Assembly (NCBI GenBank): GCA_032718475.1
Contig: JAUCBJ010002326.1
Location: 1-54,498 of the forward strand
Reading direction: 5' to 3'
From: Nemertoderma westbladi
Lineage: Eukaryota; Animalia; Xenacoelomorpha
Length of the DNA stretch: 54,498 nucleotides
Shown here: piece by piece, positions 37,560 to 50,200 of the stretch
Layout of the letters: every line of letters begins with the position of its first letter
Numbering within the stretch: the first letter of the stretch is position 1
Notes under the pieces: generated by a model
Database searches by the model: none
What the model was told of the DNA's origin: nothing
What the model saw: the letters and a program-made list of their open reading frames with translations, nothing else
Program-made: the position numbers and the translations under genes

Positions 37560-40148
37560 ATGAATAATAAGAATAATAGTAAGTCGAAATCGTTTCTATC
37601 GGAGAACCAAGTTAACACCAGAATACATCGGCGAGGTAAACTCATTCACGCCGAACTCAATCGAGCTCAATTAATCACCGGTCCTCGACGAAATCGACCC
37701 ACTAGAATTCTATCTGATAAAACAGAAACTGCCGATCGGCACTACAAACTATGCAGATTCAAGGCCGTTAAACCCCCAACACAAGCAGTTTGTTCGCATC
37801 ACAAAGTCACAACAGTAGCGTGTCGTCATTGTTTTAGTACAACTTCTCCGAAACCCGCACCTGTCAAAGCGATAACCACCCCACCAGCGATGGCCTATGG
37901 GCTGCGAAACTGCCTCCACGTCCACCCGAAAACCACGAACTGGTTATGGCCGGTGATGCAATACCTCCCGTTCCTTACATTCTGTTGGAACCGACGAATG
38001 TTCCAGTACTCTTCTTGCGATAAAGCCACGGTTCTTACGCGCACCATCGTGCAGGAGGCCCTACTCCACACCGCCAAACAGGACTTCCGAGCGGATAAAG
38101 CGACCGATATATCCGATCTGCTGGTGAATAACTCACGGAAAGCCATCGACACCCTCACCGGGATGGCAGCGAGAGTCTCAAACATGGTCTTACATATCGC
38201 GGGAATATCGCTGTTCTACGTGCTAAAGATATTCCTTAAATCGATCCAAATAGACCGTGGCCAGTTGGACACTCTGAGACGAACGGTGTCTGGCAACCAA
38301 CCCACTATCTTCCTACCCACCCATCGCAGCCATTTAGACTACGTTCTCATCCCCTTTATTCTCTGGTGTAACGACATTAAGGTTCCGCTAATAGCTGCCG
38401 GAGACAACCTCAATCTCCCGGTCCTGGGTCGCATACTGCAGTGGCTGGGGGCCTTCTTCATCCGCCGTTCCCTCGACAACGGGCACACCAAGAAGGACTA
38501 CGTCTACCGCGCTCTCCTCCACTCCTACGTACAGAACGTTCTAGAACTCAACAACAACCTATTGTTCTTCATCGAGGGCGGCCGATCGCGGTGCGGTAAG
38601 CCGTTGCGACCCAAGTCGGGACTGCTCTCGGTGCTGGTGGACCTGTACGAGAGCGGACACGCCGCCGACTGTCTGCTGGTCCCGATGGCGCTCAGCTATG
38701 AGAAGGTCCCCGAGGCCCCGTTCCTAGCGGAGCAACTGGGCCGCCCCAAGGAGCCCGAGAGTCTGCGTTCCGCTCTCCAGGGCGTGTGGAACGTTCTGCG
38801 TTCCTACCAGGGTTCCGTGCGGGTCGACTTCTCTCCGGCATTCTCCCTCGGGCAGTACATCGCCGTGGCTCGCGGCCCCTTGTACTCGCACTACCGGGGC
38901 CGACGGACCACATCCTCCAGCAGTCTCGTCAGTCTCCTAGGCAACGCGACCACCGACGCCGACGACCGGGACAAGTACCGCCGACTTATTCGCGGACTCG
39001 CCGAACACTCGATCCACACCGCCTCCAACTCGGCGGCCTTAATGACCACGCAACTAGTCGCCTTCCTATTGGTGACCCGCTGGAGGGAAGGCGTCTCATT
39101 GGCCAACGCGTGCGACCAATTAGATTGGTTGAGGCGGAAAGTTGCGGATCGGAACGGAAAGTTGGGATTCACTGGGAAGAGCGGCGATATAATAAACTAC
39201 GCGTTGCGGCTGTTGGAAGGAACGACGTTGTGTGGAACGGGGAAGAAAGGAAGAACTAGGAAGAAAGATGGAACGCGAAAGAACATCAGCGGTGTGACGG
39301 GAACTCGGAACGTAAACAACAATGACGCGGAACTCATCCCCAATATGAGTCCGCGAGCGCTCATCGCGCTCAGTTACTACGGGAACTCGCTGACGCCGTT
39401 ATTCGCTCTGGAGGCCGTCGTCGCGGTCTCCTTCTGCGTCGAGGCGGACATTGTCCCCGCGGTCCCGATGTCCCTGTACCACCACCGATGTCCCTCGGCG
39501 TCCCGTCAGCTGCTGCTGTCCCGTTGCGGCTTCCTATACAACGCGTTGAGCTACGAGATCCCGATGGGGCCGCCGTGCGAGCAGCGGGACGTCTCACTGA
39601 TGGAGGCGCTGTCCCGTCTGGGGTTGGAGGGTTCCCTCACCGTGGAGTCCCACAAGGAGCCCATGAGCGCCGCGGAGCAACTGAGGGTCGAGCGACCGGA
39701 CGACAGCGAGAGCGAGCACAGCGAGGAGGGACGAGACAACACCTACCGAGACCATCGGGTTGTACTCAACCTGGACGAAGTCGGAGCCATCGATTACATC
39801 GACTTCCTCCACAAGGTGATCGGGCCTTACATCGAAGGCTACACCGTGTCGGCGCGATACATCGCGAAACAGGTGGAGACTGGCGCCCCCGTGGGGTTCA
39901 ACGACCTTCTCGGGGATATACGGAGGGTCGCGAGGCAACGCGTGGACAACAACGCCGCCCATTGGCCCGAGTCCTGCTTCAACAGCACCGTCACTAACTC
40001 GCTAAACTTCTTCATAAGGGAAGGTTTCCTCGAGACCTACAAGAACGTTGACGACATACAGTTAGTCTGCGTTAAGCCGCCGCAAGGTGGCCAATCAGAG
40101 TCTCCCATCCAACAGTTCGCTTATCTAATAGAAGAATATAACTTTTAG
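37560..40148 (+). CDS. GPAM: Glycerol-3-phosphate acyltransferase, mitochondrial type (GPAT1/2-like), 862 aa, single coding exon
   Basis: PlsB acyltransferase motifs: HRSHLD (HX4D), GAFFIRR, FFIEGGRSR.GK and LLVPMALSYE. KD.VYRALLH and AGDNLN.P fit GPAT1 better than GNPAT. The start codon is uncertain. Confidence 0.9.
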   Translation: MNNKNNSKSKSFLSENQVNTRIHRRGKLIHAELNRAQLITGPRRNRPTRILSDKTETADRHYKLCRFKAVKPPTQAVCSHHKVTTVACRHCFSTTSPKPAPVKAITTPPAMAYGLRNCLHVHPKTTNWLWPVMQYLPFLTFCWNRRMFQYSSCDKATVLTRTIVQEALLHTAKQDFRADKATDISDLLVNNSRKAIDTLTGMAARVSNMVLHIAGISLFYVLKIFLKSIQIDRGQLDTLRRTVSGNQPTIFLPTHRSHLDYVLIPFILWCNDIKVPLIAAGDNLNLPVLGRILQWLGAFFIRRSLDNGHTKKDYVYRALLHSYVQNVLELNNNLLFFIEGGRSRCGKPLRPKSGLLSVLVDLYESGHAADCLLVPMALSYEKVPEAPFLAEQLGRPKEPESLRSALQGVWNVLRSYQGSVRVDFSPAFSLGQYIAVARGPLYSHYRGRRTTSSSSLVSLLGNATTDADDRDKYRRLIRGLAEHSIHTASNSAALMTTQLVAFLLVTRWREGVSLANACDQLDWLRRKVADRNGKLGFTGKSGDIINYALRLLEGTTLCGTGKKGRTRKKDGTRKNISGVTGTRNVNNNDAELIPNMSPRALIALSYYGNSLTPLFALEAVVAVSFCVEADIVPAVPMSLYHHRCPSASRQLLLSRCGFLYNALSYEIPMGPPCEQRDVSLMEALSRLGLEGSLTVESHKEPMSAAEQLRVERPDDSESEHSEEGRDNTYRDHRVVLNLDEVGAIDYIDFLHKVIGPYIEGYTVSARYIAKQVETGAPVGFNDLLGDIRRVARQRVDNNAAHWPESCFNSTVTNSLNFFIREGFLETYKNVDDIQLVCVKPPQGGQSESPIQQFAYLIEEYNF

Positions 40149-40425
40149 AATATTAATTAAACCCCGTTACCTACTACCGAAACCTACTTACACTTTACTG
40201 TGTTTGTTTTTCCTACTAAAGTCAGTCGGAACGAGTGAATCGGATGAGTGAGTGAGGTAGATAATCAATTAATTACAAAGTTTGGTAATTTAGTTAACTA
40301 TGTAGCCGTTTGTTTATAAGTAGGAGATTGTTATTATAGTTAATTAGTTTAATGAGTTGGTGTAATTCGGTATAGCAATAATTCATAATAATAATATCTA
40401 GGAGGTGATACTATACTACCGGTAA

Positions 40426-40726
40426 CTGGGGTGACTACAAAACAAAGACCAAAGACCCAAATAATAAAGACCTGTACAAAACACAAGTGTTAACATTAGT
40501 TTATTGTTTTGGTTCCCCCAACACGCCTCTGTAACCTGCTCCTTTCAATGGCAATATGACCCAAGAGCGTTAGGTTCCATTGACATTTAAAGGTTAATAA
40601 TAAAGGAGCAACTTACAGACGCGTGTTGGAGGAACCAAAGCAATAAACGAAAGTTAACACATGTTACAATATTGTGCAGGTCTTTATTATTTGGGTGTTG
40701 GGTCTTTGTTTTGTAGTCACCCCCAG
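40426..40726. mobile_element. Palindromic MITE, about 300 bp
   Basis: ctggggtgactacaaaacaaagacc...cccaaataataaagacctg versus caggtctttattatttggg...ggtctttgttttgtagtcacccccag. Each arm carries one bipartite cassette. No TSD seen. Confidence 0.85.
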
Positions 40727-41284
40727 AAGGCCCTACCCTACCTACCACCAATTAATATTGAATTATTAATTACATGTGCGGTTTGTAATTTGTATCAAAA
40801 TTATTTGTCATTTCCTCAGTTAATTAATAACAATTGATATGTTGTATTGTTATTGTTAGTTTTGGCAATGTCGCTAGTTCGACAATGCCTAATTATAAGT
40901 AGTGCAATGCAATAATTATTTATTTCATCATAATATTCTTCCATATTGAAAACAAAGACGTTGATTGTAGTTTTCCATTAAAAAAACTATTTGTAAATTT
41001 GTTATGATATTATTACAAAATTATTTGGGTTGGAGAGATAAAGAACACAATTATGTTAAAGATAAAAAGTGCTTCACCACATTTCATCCTGACGGCGTGA
41101 TTGTCAACCACTATCATTCAGAAACAATTCCTCACCCCACGCACACGCCCTAGAACTTACTAACCATAATTTTTACAAAAGGCATAGGACTTTGGTCACC
41201 CATTCTGTTCAATCGACTACCGCTACGGTTCAACAAACCTGATCAAATTGAAACTTAATATTTATTTGTATTGCCACTGTTATT

Positions 41285-44200
41285 AGGAACCGAGAGGTTC
41301 ATTACTGTAAGAATTGTTGGCTGATTGATTGATTGACTGGCTGGTTAATCTATAGCCAAAACTACTCTAACGATTTTGATGAATTTTTCACAGCGGCTGG
41401 ATACCGCGATTCTAAGGTCCCTGGTATGTTCCGCTATTTCGTCCATGAGCCGTGGGCTCGAAAAATAGACATAAACGAAAAAACGCCATAGGCGCAATGG
41501 TAAAATAACACCAATAACAGCTGGTGTCGTGATGAAAAATGGCTTATGTAATGGATTTCTACACAAGGCTTAGTATAAATCGATGAGGTTGCCAAGATTA
41601 TTGTACTTAGTACACCCATACTGTTTGTTTAGGCCCTAGGACACTCTGTCAAAGCAAATATTAACTGGTTGGTTTAGTTTGAAATCTATTATTGCCTCAG
41701 CTGAATTACTCTTCCCAATGCGCACTCTATGGGAATATCTCCCTCTGCTAATGTAAGCTGAATGACTTAAGTACACAGTGAGTTGGCTACATTAATGTCA
41801 ACATTATTGCAAAATGTTTTATTGTTGGACTCTCTGTCAGTCTCCCCTTCAGAACATTGTATAGGGAATATACTTTAGTTTACTCTACTGTGCCATTCAG
41901 CTGAATGGATTTGAGCGATTGCCAAGTTACAGAGTTGGATCATTCTCTGACCATAGGCAAAGACATCAAATCTTTTTAAGAATATACTTTTTCCATGTTT
42001 TTTTTTCTGACCAAAAATTTCAAAAAAAATTTTTCGTAGCCAGTACTGCCAATCGATTCGCCATCAAAAATAACGCAAAAAATTTTTTTTGCAAAATTTT
42101 AAATTACTGTAAATTTTTGGCAACTGGGGGGGGGTCAATTTTTTTCGATCCGCTATAACTCCGGAACGCTTTGTCCAAATTCGATGGGGTTTTCATTTTT
42201 CAACTTAATTCGATGTCCTCTTTCAGCCTATCCATGTTTCGAAACCCCAAACAGCGCCGTTCAAAAATTATTTTTTTCTAGTTCTAGAATTTTACAAATT
42301 TCAAAAAAGTTGCAGTATTTTATTAACGCCTTTACGGAATTCGATAGCGTTTTCGATTTTTATATTAAACGCAATATCCTGAATCTCACTAGCCTAGTTT
42401 CGCGTCACCAATGCCAAGACTTCATACTTTTTGAGGAAAATTTTTCTAGAATAATTTTTATTTAATTACATCTATCGCGATTTCTTATTACTGGTTGCAC
42501 ATGAATTGATGGAGTTTTCAATTTATTAACTAAACACGATATCGCGCATCGCACCAGCGTGGTTTCGAAATTACCAAAACGAGGTCTTCACTAGTTGCAG
42601 GTCGATTTTGTTCTAGAATTGAGCAACTAATAATATATCGAATTTATTAATAATTATTGTATGAAATATGATTGTATTTTTACATAACTATTAGTTCTAT
42701 ACTAATTCTCGTTGTCTCTTTTATTTAAAATAAAAAGTCGGTTCCTTATCGGGCCACTAGGCCCGTCACTAGTTAGGAACCGAGAGGTTCATTACTGTAA
42801 GAATTGCTCGAGACTGGCTGACTGACTGACTGACTGACTGACTAATCTACAGCCAAAACTACTCTAACGATTTTGATAAAATTTTCACAGCGGCTAGATA
42901 CCGCGATTCTAAGGTCCCTGGTATGTTCCGCTATTTCGTCCATGAGCCGTGGGCTCGAAAAATAGACATAAACGAAAAAACGCCATAGGCGCAATGATAA
43001 AAACACCAGCTGGCACTCATGAAAAATGGCTTATGTAATGCATTTCTACAGAAGGCTTAGTAATAAATCGATGAGGTTGCCAAGATTATTATACTCAGTA
43101 CACCCATACTGTTTGTATAGGCCACCACTCTCTGTCAAAGCAAACATTATTAACTGGTTGGTTTAGTTTGAAATCTAATATCGCCTCAGCTGAATTACTC
43201 TTCCCAATGCAATCTATGGGAATATCTCACTCTGCTAATGTAAGCTGAATGACTGTTACATACACAGTGAGTTGGCTATATTAATGCCAACATTATTGCA
43301 AAATGTTTTATTGTTGGATTACTCTCTGTCAGTCACCCCTTCAGAACATTGTATAGGGAATTTACTTTAGTTTACTCTACTGTGCCATTCAGCTGAATGG
43401 ATTTGAGCGATTGCCAAGTTACAGAGTTGGATCATTCTCTGACCATAGGCAAAGACATCAAATCTTTTTAAAAAATATACTTTTTCCATGTTTTTTTTTC
43501 TGACCAAAAATTTCAAAAAAAAATTTTTCGTAGCCAGTACTGCCAATCGATTCGCCATCAAAAATAACGCAAAAAATTTTTTTTGCAAAATTTTAAATTA
43601 CTGTAAATTTTTGGCGACTGGGGGGGGTCAATTTTTTTCGATCCGCTATAACTCCAGAACGCGTTGTCCAAATTCGATGGGGTTTTCATTTTTCAACTTA
43701 ATTCGATGTCCTCTTTCAGCCTATCCATGTTTCGAAACCCCAAACAGCGCCGTTCAAAAATTATTTTTTTCTAGTTCTAGAATTTTACAAATTTCAAAAA
43801 AGTTGCAGTATTTTATTAACGCCTTTACGGAATTCGATAGCGTTTTCGATTTTTATATTAAACGCAATATCCTGAATCTCACTAGCCTAGTTTCGCGTCA
43901 CCAATGCCAAGACTTCATACTTTTTGAGGAAAATTTTTCAAGAATAATTTTTATTTAATTACATTTATCGCGATTTCTTATTACTGGATGCACATGAATT
44001 GATGTAGTTATCAATTTATTAACTAAACACGATATCGCGCATCGCACCAGCGTGGTTTCGAAATTCCAAAACGAGGTCTTCACTAGTTGCAGGTCGATTT
44101 TGTTCTAGAATGGAGCAACTAATAATAGATCGAATTTATTAATAATTATTGTATGAAATATGATTGTATTTTTACATAATTATTAGTTCTATACTAATTC

Positions 44201-47200
44201 TCGTTGTCTCTTTTATTTAAAATAAAAAGTCGGTTCCTTATCGGGCCGCTAGGCCCGTCACTAGTTAGGAACCGAGAGGTTCATTACTGTAAGAATTGTT
44301 AGCTGACTGGCTGACTGGCTGGCTAATCTATAGCCAAAACTACTCTAACGATTTTGATGAAATTTTCACAGCGGCTGGATACCGCGATTCTAAGGTCCCT
44401 GGTATGTTCCGCTATTTCGTCCATGAGCCGTGGGCTCGAAAAATAGACATAAACGAAAAAACGCCATAGGCGCAATGATAAAAACACCAGCTGGCACTCA
44501 TGAAAAATGCATAGAGATGGCCTAGTAATGCTATTCTATAGGAATGGCCACCTAACAAGGAAATGCTTTCTCTGCCAAGTATTATCCTCACTCTACAACT
44601 CAGACAGTAAGCAAACAAAAGCTGTGGGATTCTAATGTATTACATCATAAGCTGATTGCTCTCCCAATAGCCCTCACACACTCACTGAATCCAATGAAAT
44701 CGAATATCTATTAGCTTAATGCGAATAGCTGGTAAGCTGAATGCCATTTTAGTTATTGTGTACTGTTGATAGCAGAGTTGACTGCTATGTTGTATGTATT
44801 TAATTAAAATAATTTTCGTAGAGGGAAGTTAATTTGGGATTACTTTCTATCAGATGTAAGCAAAGCTGTTCAATGGGGTGGGTCATGGGACCCAAATATA
44901 GTACATTATGCATGGCAAACATTAATAAAATCATTCAGTCAACCTGGAGGGTATTTGCTTAGTTAACTCTACTGTGCGAAAAACGAATTTATAATGTTAC
45001 CCATACTTCAGGTGAATGAATTTTTAGATATTTGTACTGAAGGCAACGATTTCTGATATAATTAAAATACAAGACAGGGGCTTGTTTCGATATATGTAGT
45101 TGCGCCCTTCTAGCAGCACGTAAGATGATCAAATCATAGACACAATGTTTGACTTTGTCCCTTCGAGCAGCACGTGAGTTTTGCTTTGACCCTTCGATAT
45201 ATGTATTTGCGCCCTTCGAGCAGCACGGGGAGTCGACTCAGACCGAGCCAAGCCGAGCCAAGCCGAGTCGAGCCGAGCCGAGCCGAGCCGAGCCGAGCCG
45301 TGCCGAGCCGAGCCGAGCCGAGCCGAGCCGAGCCGAGCCGAGCCGAGCAGAGCAGAGCCGAGCCGAGCCGAGCAGAGCCGAGCCGAGCCGAGCCGAGCCG
45401 AGCCGAGCCGAGCCGAGCCGTGCCGAGCCGAGCCGAGCCGAGCCGAGCCGAGCCGAGCCGAGCCGAGCAGAGCCGAGCCGAGCCGAGCAGAGCCGAGCCG
45501 AGCCGAGCCGAGCCGAGCCGAGCCGAGCCGAGCCAAGCTGAGCTGAACCGAGCCGAGCAGAGCCGTGCCGAGCCGAGCCGAGCCGAGCCGAGCCGAGCCG
45601 AGCCGAGCCGAGCCGTGCCGAGCCGAGCCGAGCCGAGCCGAGCCGAGCTGAGCCGAGCCGAGCCAGGCCGAGCCGAGCCAGGCCGAGCCAAGCCGAGCCG
45701 AGCCAGGCCGAGCCAAGCCGAGCCGAGCCGAGCCGAGCCGAGCCGAGCCGAGCCGAGCCGCGCCGAGCCACGCCGAGCCGAGCCGAGCCGAGCCGAGCCG
45801 AGCCGAGCCGAGCCGAGCCGAGCCGAGCCGAGCTGAGCCGAGCCTAATCGAGCCGAGCCGAGCCGAGCCGAGCCGAGCCGAGCCGAGCCGAGCCGAGCCG
45901 AGCCGAGCCGAGCCGAGCCGAGCCGAGCCGAGCCGAGCCGAGCTGAGCCGAGCCTAATCGAGCCGAGCCGAGCCGACCCGAGCCGAGCCGAGCCGAGCCG
46001 AGCCGAGCCGAGCCGAGCCGAGCCAAGCTGAGCCGAGCCGATCCTAATCGAGCCAAACCGAGCCGATCAAGCCAAGTCGAACTTAATCATGCCCAATCGT
46101 GCAAGACCGAGCCGAGCTCGTTGTCTCTTTTATTTGAAATAAAAAGTCGGTTCCTTATCGGGCCGCTAGGCCCGTCACTAGTTAGGAACCGAGAGGTTCA
46201 TTACTGTAAGAATTGTTGGCTGATTGATTGATTGATTGACTGGCTAATCTACAGCCAAAACTACTCTAACGATTTTGATGAAATTTTCACAGCGGCTAGA
46301 TACCGCGATTCTAAGGTCCGTGGTATGTTCCGCTATTTCGTCCATGAGCCGTGGGCTCGAAAAATAGACATAAACGAAAAAACGCCATAGTCGCAATGGT
46401 AAAATAACACCAATAACAGCTGGTGTCGTGATGAAAAATGGCTTATGTAATGGATTTCTACACAAGGCTTAGTAATAAATCGATGAGGTTGCCAAGATTA
46501 TTATACTCAGTACACCCATACTGTTTGTATAGGCCACCACTCTCTGTCAAAGCAAACATTAACTGGGTGGTTTAGTTTGAAATCTATTATCGCCTCAGCT
46601 GAATTACTCTACCCAATGCAATCTATGGGAATATCTCACTCTGCTAATGTAAGCTGAATGACGGTTAAGTACACAGTGTGTTGGCTACATTAATGCCAAC
46701 ATTATTGCAAAATGTTTTATTGTTGGATTACTCTCTGTCAGTCTCCCCTTTAGAACATTGTATGTATAGGGAATTTACTTTAGTTTACTCTACTGTGCCA
46801 TTCAGCTGAATGGATTTGAGCGATTGCCAAGTTACAGAGTTGGATCATTCTCTGACTATAGGCAAAGACATCAAATCTTTTTAAAAAGATACTTTTTCCA
46901 TGTTTTTTTTTCTGACCAAAAATTTCAAAAAAAATTTTTTCGTAGCCAGTACTGCCAATCGATTCGCCATCAAAAATAACGCAAAAAATTTTTTTTGCAA
47001 AATTTTAAATTACTGTAAATTTTTGGCGACTGGGGGGGTCAATTTTTTTCGATCCGCTATAACTCCGGAACGCTTTGTCCAAATTCGATGGGGTTTTTAT
47101 TTTTCAACTTAATTCGATGTCCTCTTTCAGCCTATCCATGTTTCGAAGCCCCAAACAGCGCCGTTCAAAAATTAATTTTTTCTAGTTCTAGAATTTTACA

Positions 47201-50200
47201 AATTTCAAAAAAGTTGCTGTATTTTATTAACGCCTTTACGGAATTCGATAGCGTTTTCGATTTTTATATTAAACGCAACATCCTGAATCTCACAAGCCTA
47301 GTTTCGCGTCACCAATGCCAAGACTTCATACTTTTGAAGGAAAATTTTTCTAGAATAATTTTTATTTAATTACATTTATCGCGATTTCTTATTACTGGTT
47401 GCACATGAATTGATGGAGTTTTCAATTTATTAACTAAACACGATATCGCGCATCGCACCAGCGTGATTTCGAAATTCCAAAACGAGGTCTTCACTAGTTG
47501 CAGGTCGATTTTGTTCTAGAATTGAGCAACTAATAATAGATCGAATTTATTAATAATTATTGTATGAAATATGATTGTATTTTTACATAATTTTTAGTTC
47601 TATACTAATTCTCGTTGTCTCTTTTATTTAAAATATAAAGTCGGTTCCTTATCGGGCCGCTAGGCCCGTCACTAGTTAGGAACCGAGAGGTTCATTACTG
47701 TAAGAATTGTTGGCTGATTGATTGATTGACTGGCTGACTGGCTGGCTAATCTATAGCCAAAACTACTCTAACGATTTTGATGAAATTTTCACAGCGGCTG
47801 GATACCACGATTCTAAGGTCCCTGGTATGTTCCGCTATTTCGTCCATGAGCCGTGGGCTCGAAAAATAGGGATAAACGAAAAAACGCCATAGGCGCAATG
47901 GTAAAATATCACCCATGACAGCTGGTGTCCTGATGAAAAATGGCTTATGTAATGGATTTCTACACAAGGCTTAGTATAAATCGATGAGGTTGCCAAGATT
48001 ATTGTACTTAGTACACCCATACTGTTTGTTTAGGCCCTGCACTCTCTGTCAAAGCAAATATTAACTGGTTGATTTAGTTTGTGGTCTACACAGGCTTAGT
48101 ATAAATCGATGAGGCTGCCAACTGGTTGGTTTAGTTTGCAATCTATTACCGCCTCAGCTGAATAACTCTTCCCCCTTCTGAATGACTATTAGGTATACAG
48201 TGTATCGGCTACATTAATGCCAACATTATTGCAAAATGTTTTATTGTTTGATTACTCTCTGTCAGTCTCCCCTTCAGAACATTGTATAGGAAATTTACTT
48301 TAGTTTACTCTACTGTGCCATTCAGCTGAATGGATTTGAGCGATTGCCAAGTTACGATTGCCATTGTTGGATCATTCTCTGACCATAGGCAAAGGCAAAT
48401 CTTGTTAAAATATACTTTTTCCATGTTTTTTTTTCTGACCAAAAATTTCAAAAAAAATTTTTCGTAGCAGTACTGCCAATCGATTCGCCATCAAAAATAA
48501 CGCCAAAAAATTTTTTTGCAAAATTTTAAATTACTGTAAATTTTTGGCGACTGGGGGGGGTCAATTTTTTTCGATCCGCTATAACTCCGGAACGCTTTGT
48601 CCAAATTCGATGGGGTTTTCATTTTTCAACTTAATTCGATGTCCTCTTTCAGCCTATCCATGTTTCGAAACCCCAAACACCGCCGTTCAAAAATAAATTT
48701 TTTCTCGTTCTAGAATTTTACAAATTTCAAAAAAGTTGCAGTATTTTATTAACGCCTTTACGGAATTCGATAGCGTTTTCGATTTTTATATTAAACGCAA
48801 TATCCTGAATCTCACTAGCCTAGTTTCGCGTCACCAATGCCAAGACTTCATACCTTTTGAGGAAAATTTTTCTAGAATAATTTTTATTTAATTACATTTA
48901 TCGCGATTTCTTATTACTGGATGCACATGAATTGATGGAGTTATCAATTTATTAACTAAACACGATATCGCGCATTGCACCAGCGTGGTTTCGAAATTTC
49001 AAAACGAGGTCTTCACTAGTTGCAGGTCGATTTTGTTCTAGAATGGAGCAACTAATAATAGATCGAATTTATTAATAATTATTGTATGAAATATGATTGT
49101 ATTTTTACATAATTATTAGTTCTATACTAATTCTCGTTGTCTCTTTTATTTAAAATAAAAAGTCGGTTCCTTATCGGGCCGCTAGGCCCGTCACTAGTTA
49201 GGAACCGAGAGGTTCATTACTGTAAGAATTGTTGGCTGATTGACTGGCTGACTGGCTGGTTAATCTATAGCCAAAACTACTCTAACGATTTTGATGAAAT
49301 TTTCACAGCGGCTGGATACCGCGATTCTAAGGTCCCTGGTATGTTCCGCTATTTCGTCCATGAGCCGTGGGCTCGAAAAATAGACATAAACGAAAAAACG
49401 CCATAGGCGCAATGGTAAAATAACACCAATGACAGCTGGTGTCCTGATGAAAAATGGTTTATGTAATGCATTTCTACACAAGGCTTAGTAATAAATCGAT
49501 GCGGTTGCCAAGATTATTATACTTAGTACACCCATACTGTTTGTTTAGGCCCTGCACTCTCTGTCAAAGCAAATATTAACTGGTTGATTTAGTTTGTGGT
49601 TCTACACAGGCTTAGTATAAATCGATGAGGCTGCCAACTGCAATCTATTACCGCCTCAGCTGAATAACTCTTCCCCCTGCTGAATGACTATTAGGTATAC
49701 AGTGTATCGGCTACATTAATGCCAACATTAATACTGTGGAGGCTGTATGCTTATAAGGTGGAATGTTTACTCAGCCTTATACTGATACTCTGTAAGGCTA
49801 AGACCAACATTATTGCAAAATGTTTTATTGTTGGATTACTCTCTGTCAGTCTCCCCTTCAGAACATTGTATAGGGAATTTAGTTTAGTTTACTCTACTGT
49901 GCCATTCAGCTGAATGGATTTGAGCAATTGCCAAGTTACAGAGTTGGATCATTCTCTGACCATAGGCAAAGACATCAAATCTTTTTAAAAAGATACTTTT
50001 TCCATGTTTTTTTCTGACCAAAAATTTAAAAAAAAAATTTTTGTAGCCAGTACTGCCAATCGATTCGCCATCAAAAATAATGCAAAAAATTTTTTTTGCA
50101 AAATTTGAAATTACTGTAAATTTTTGGGGACTGGGGGGGGGTCAATTTTTTTCGATCCGCTATAACTTCGGAACGCTTTGTCCAAATTCGATGGGGTTTT

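Noticed and set aside
37895-39997. Overlapping alternative-frame and antisense ORFs within GPAM (and within the aminopeptidase)
   Set aside because: These are expected shadows of a long coding sequence, especially where it is GC-rich.
41161-41238. Possible - strand exon (tcag acceptor, gtaagt donor)
   Set aside because: The only open frame shows no RasGEF similarity, and its phase does not fit the 30133 acceptor.
45129-46056. AEPSR / LGSAR repeat ORFs
   Set aside because: These are translations of the stop-free (GAGCC)n microsatellite.
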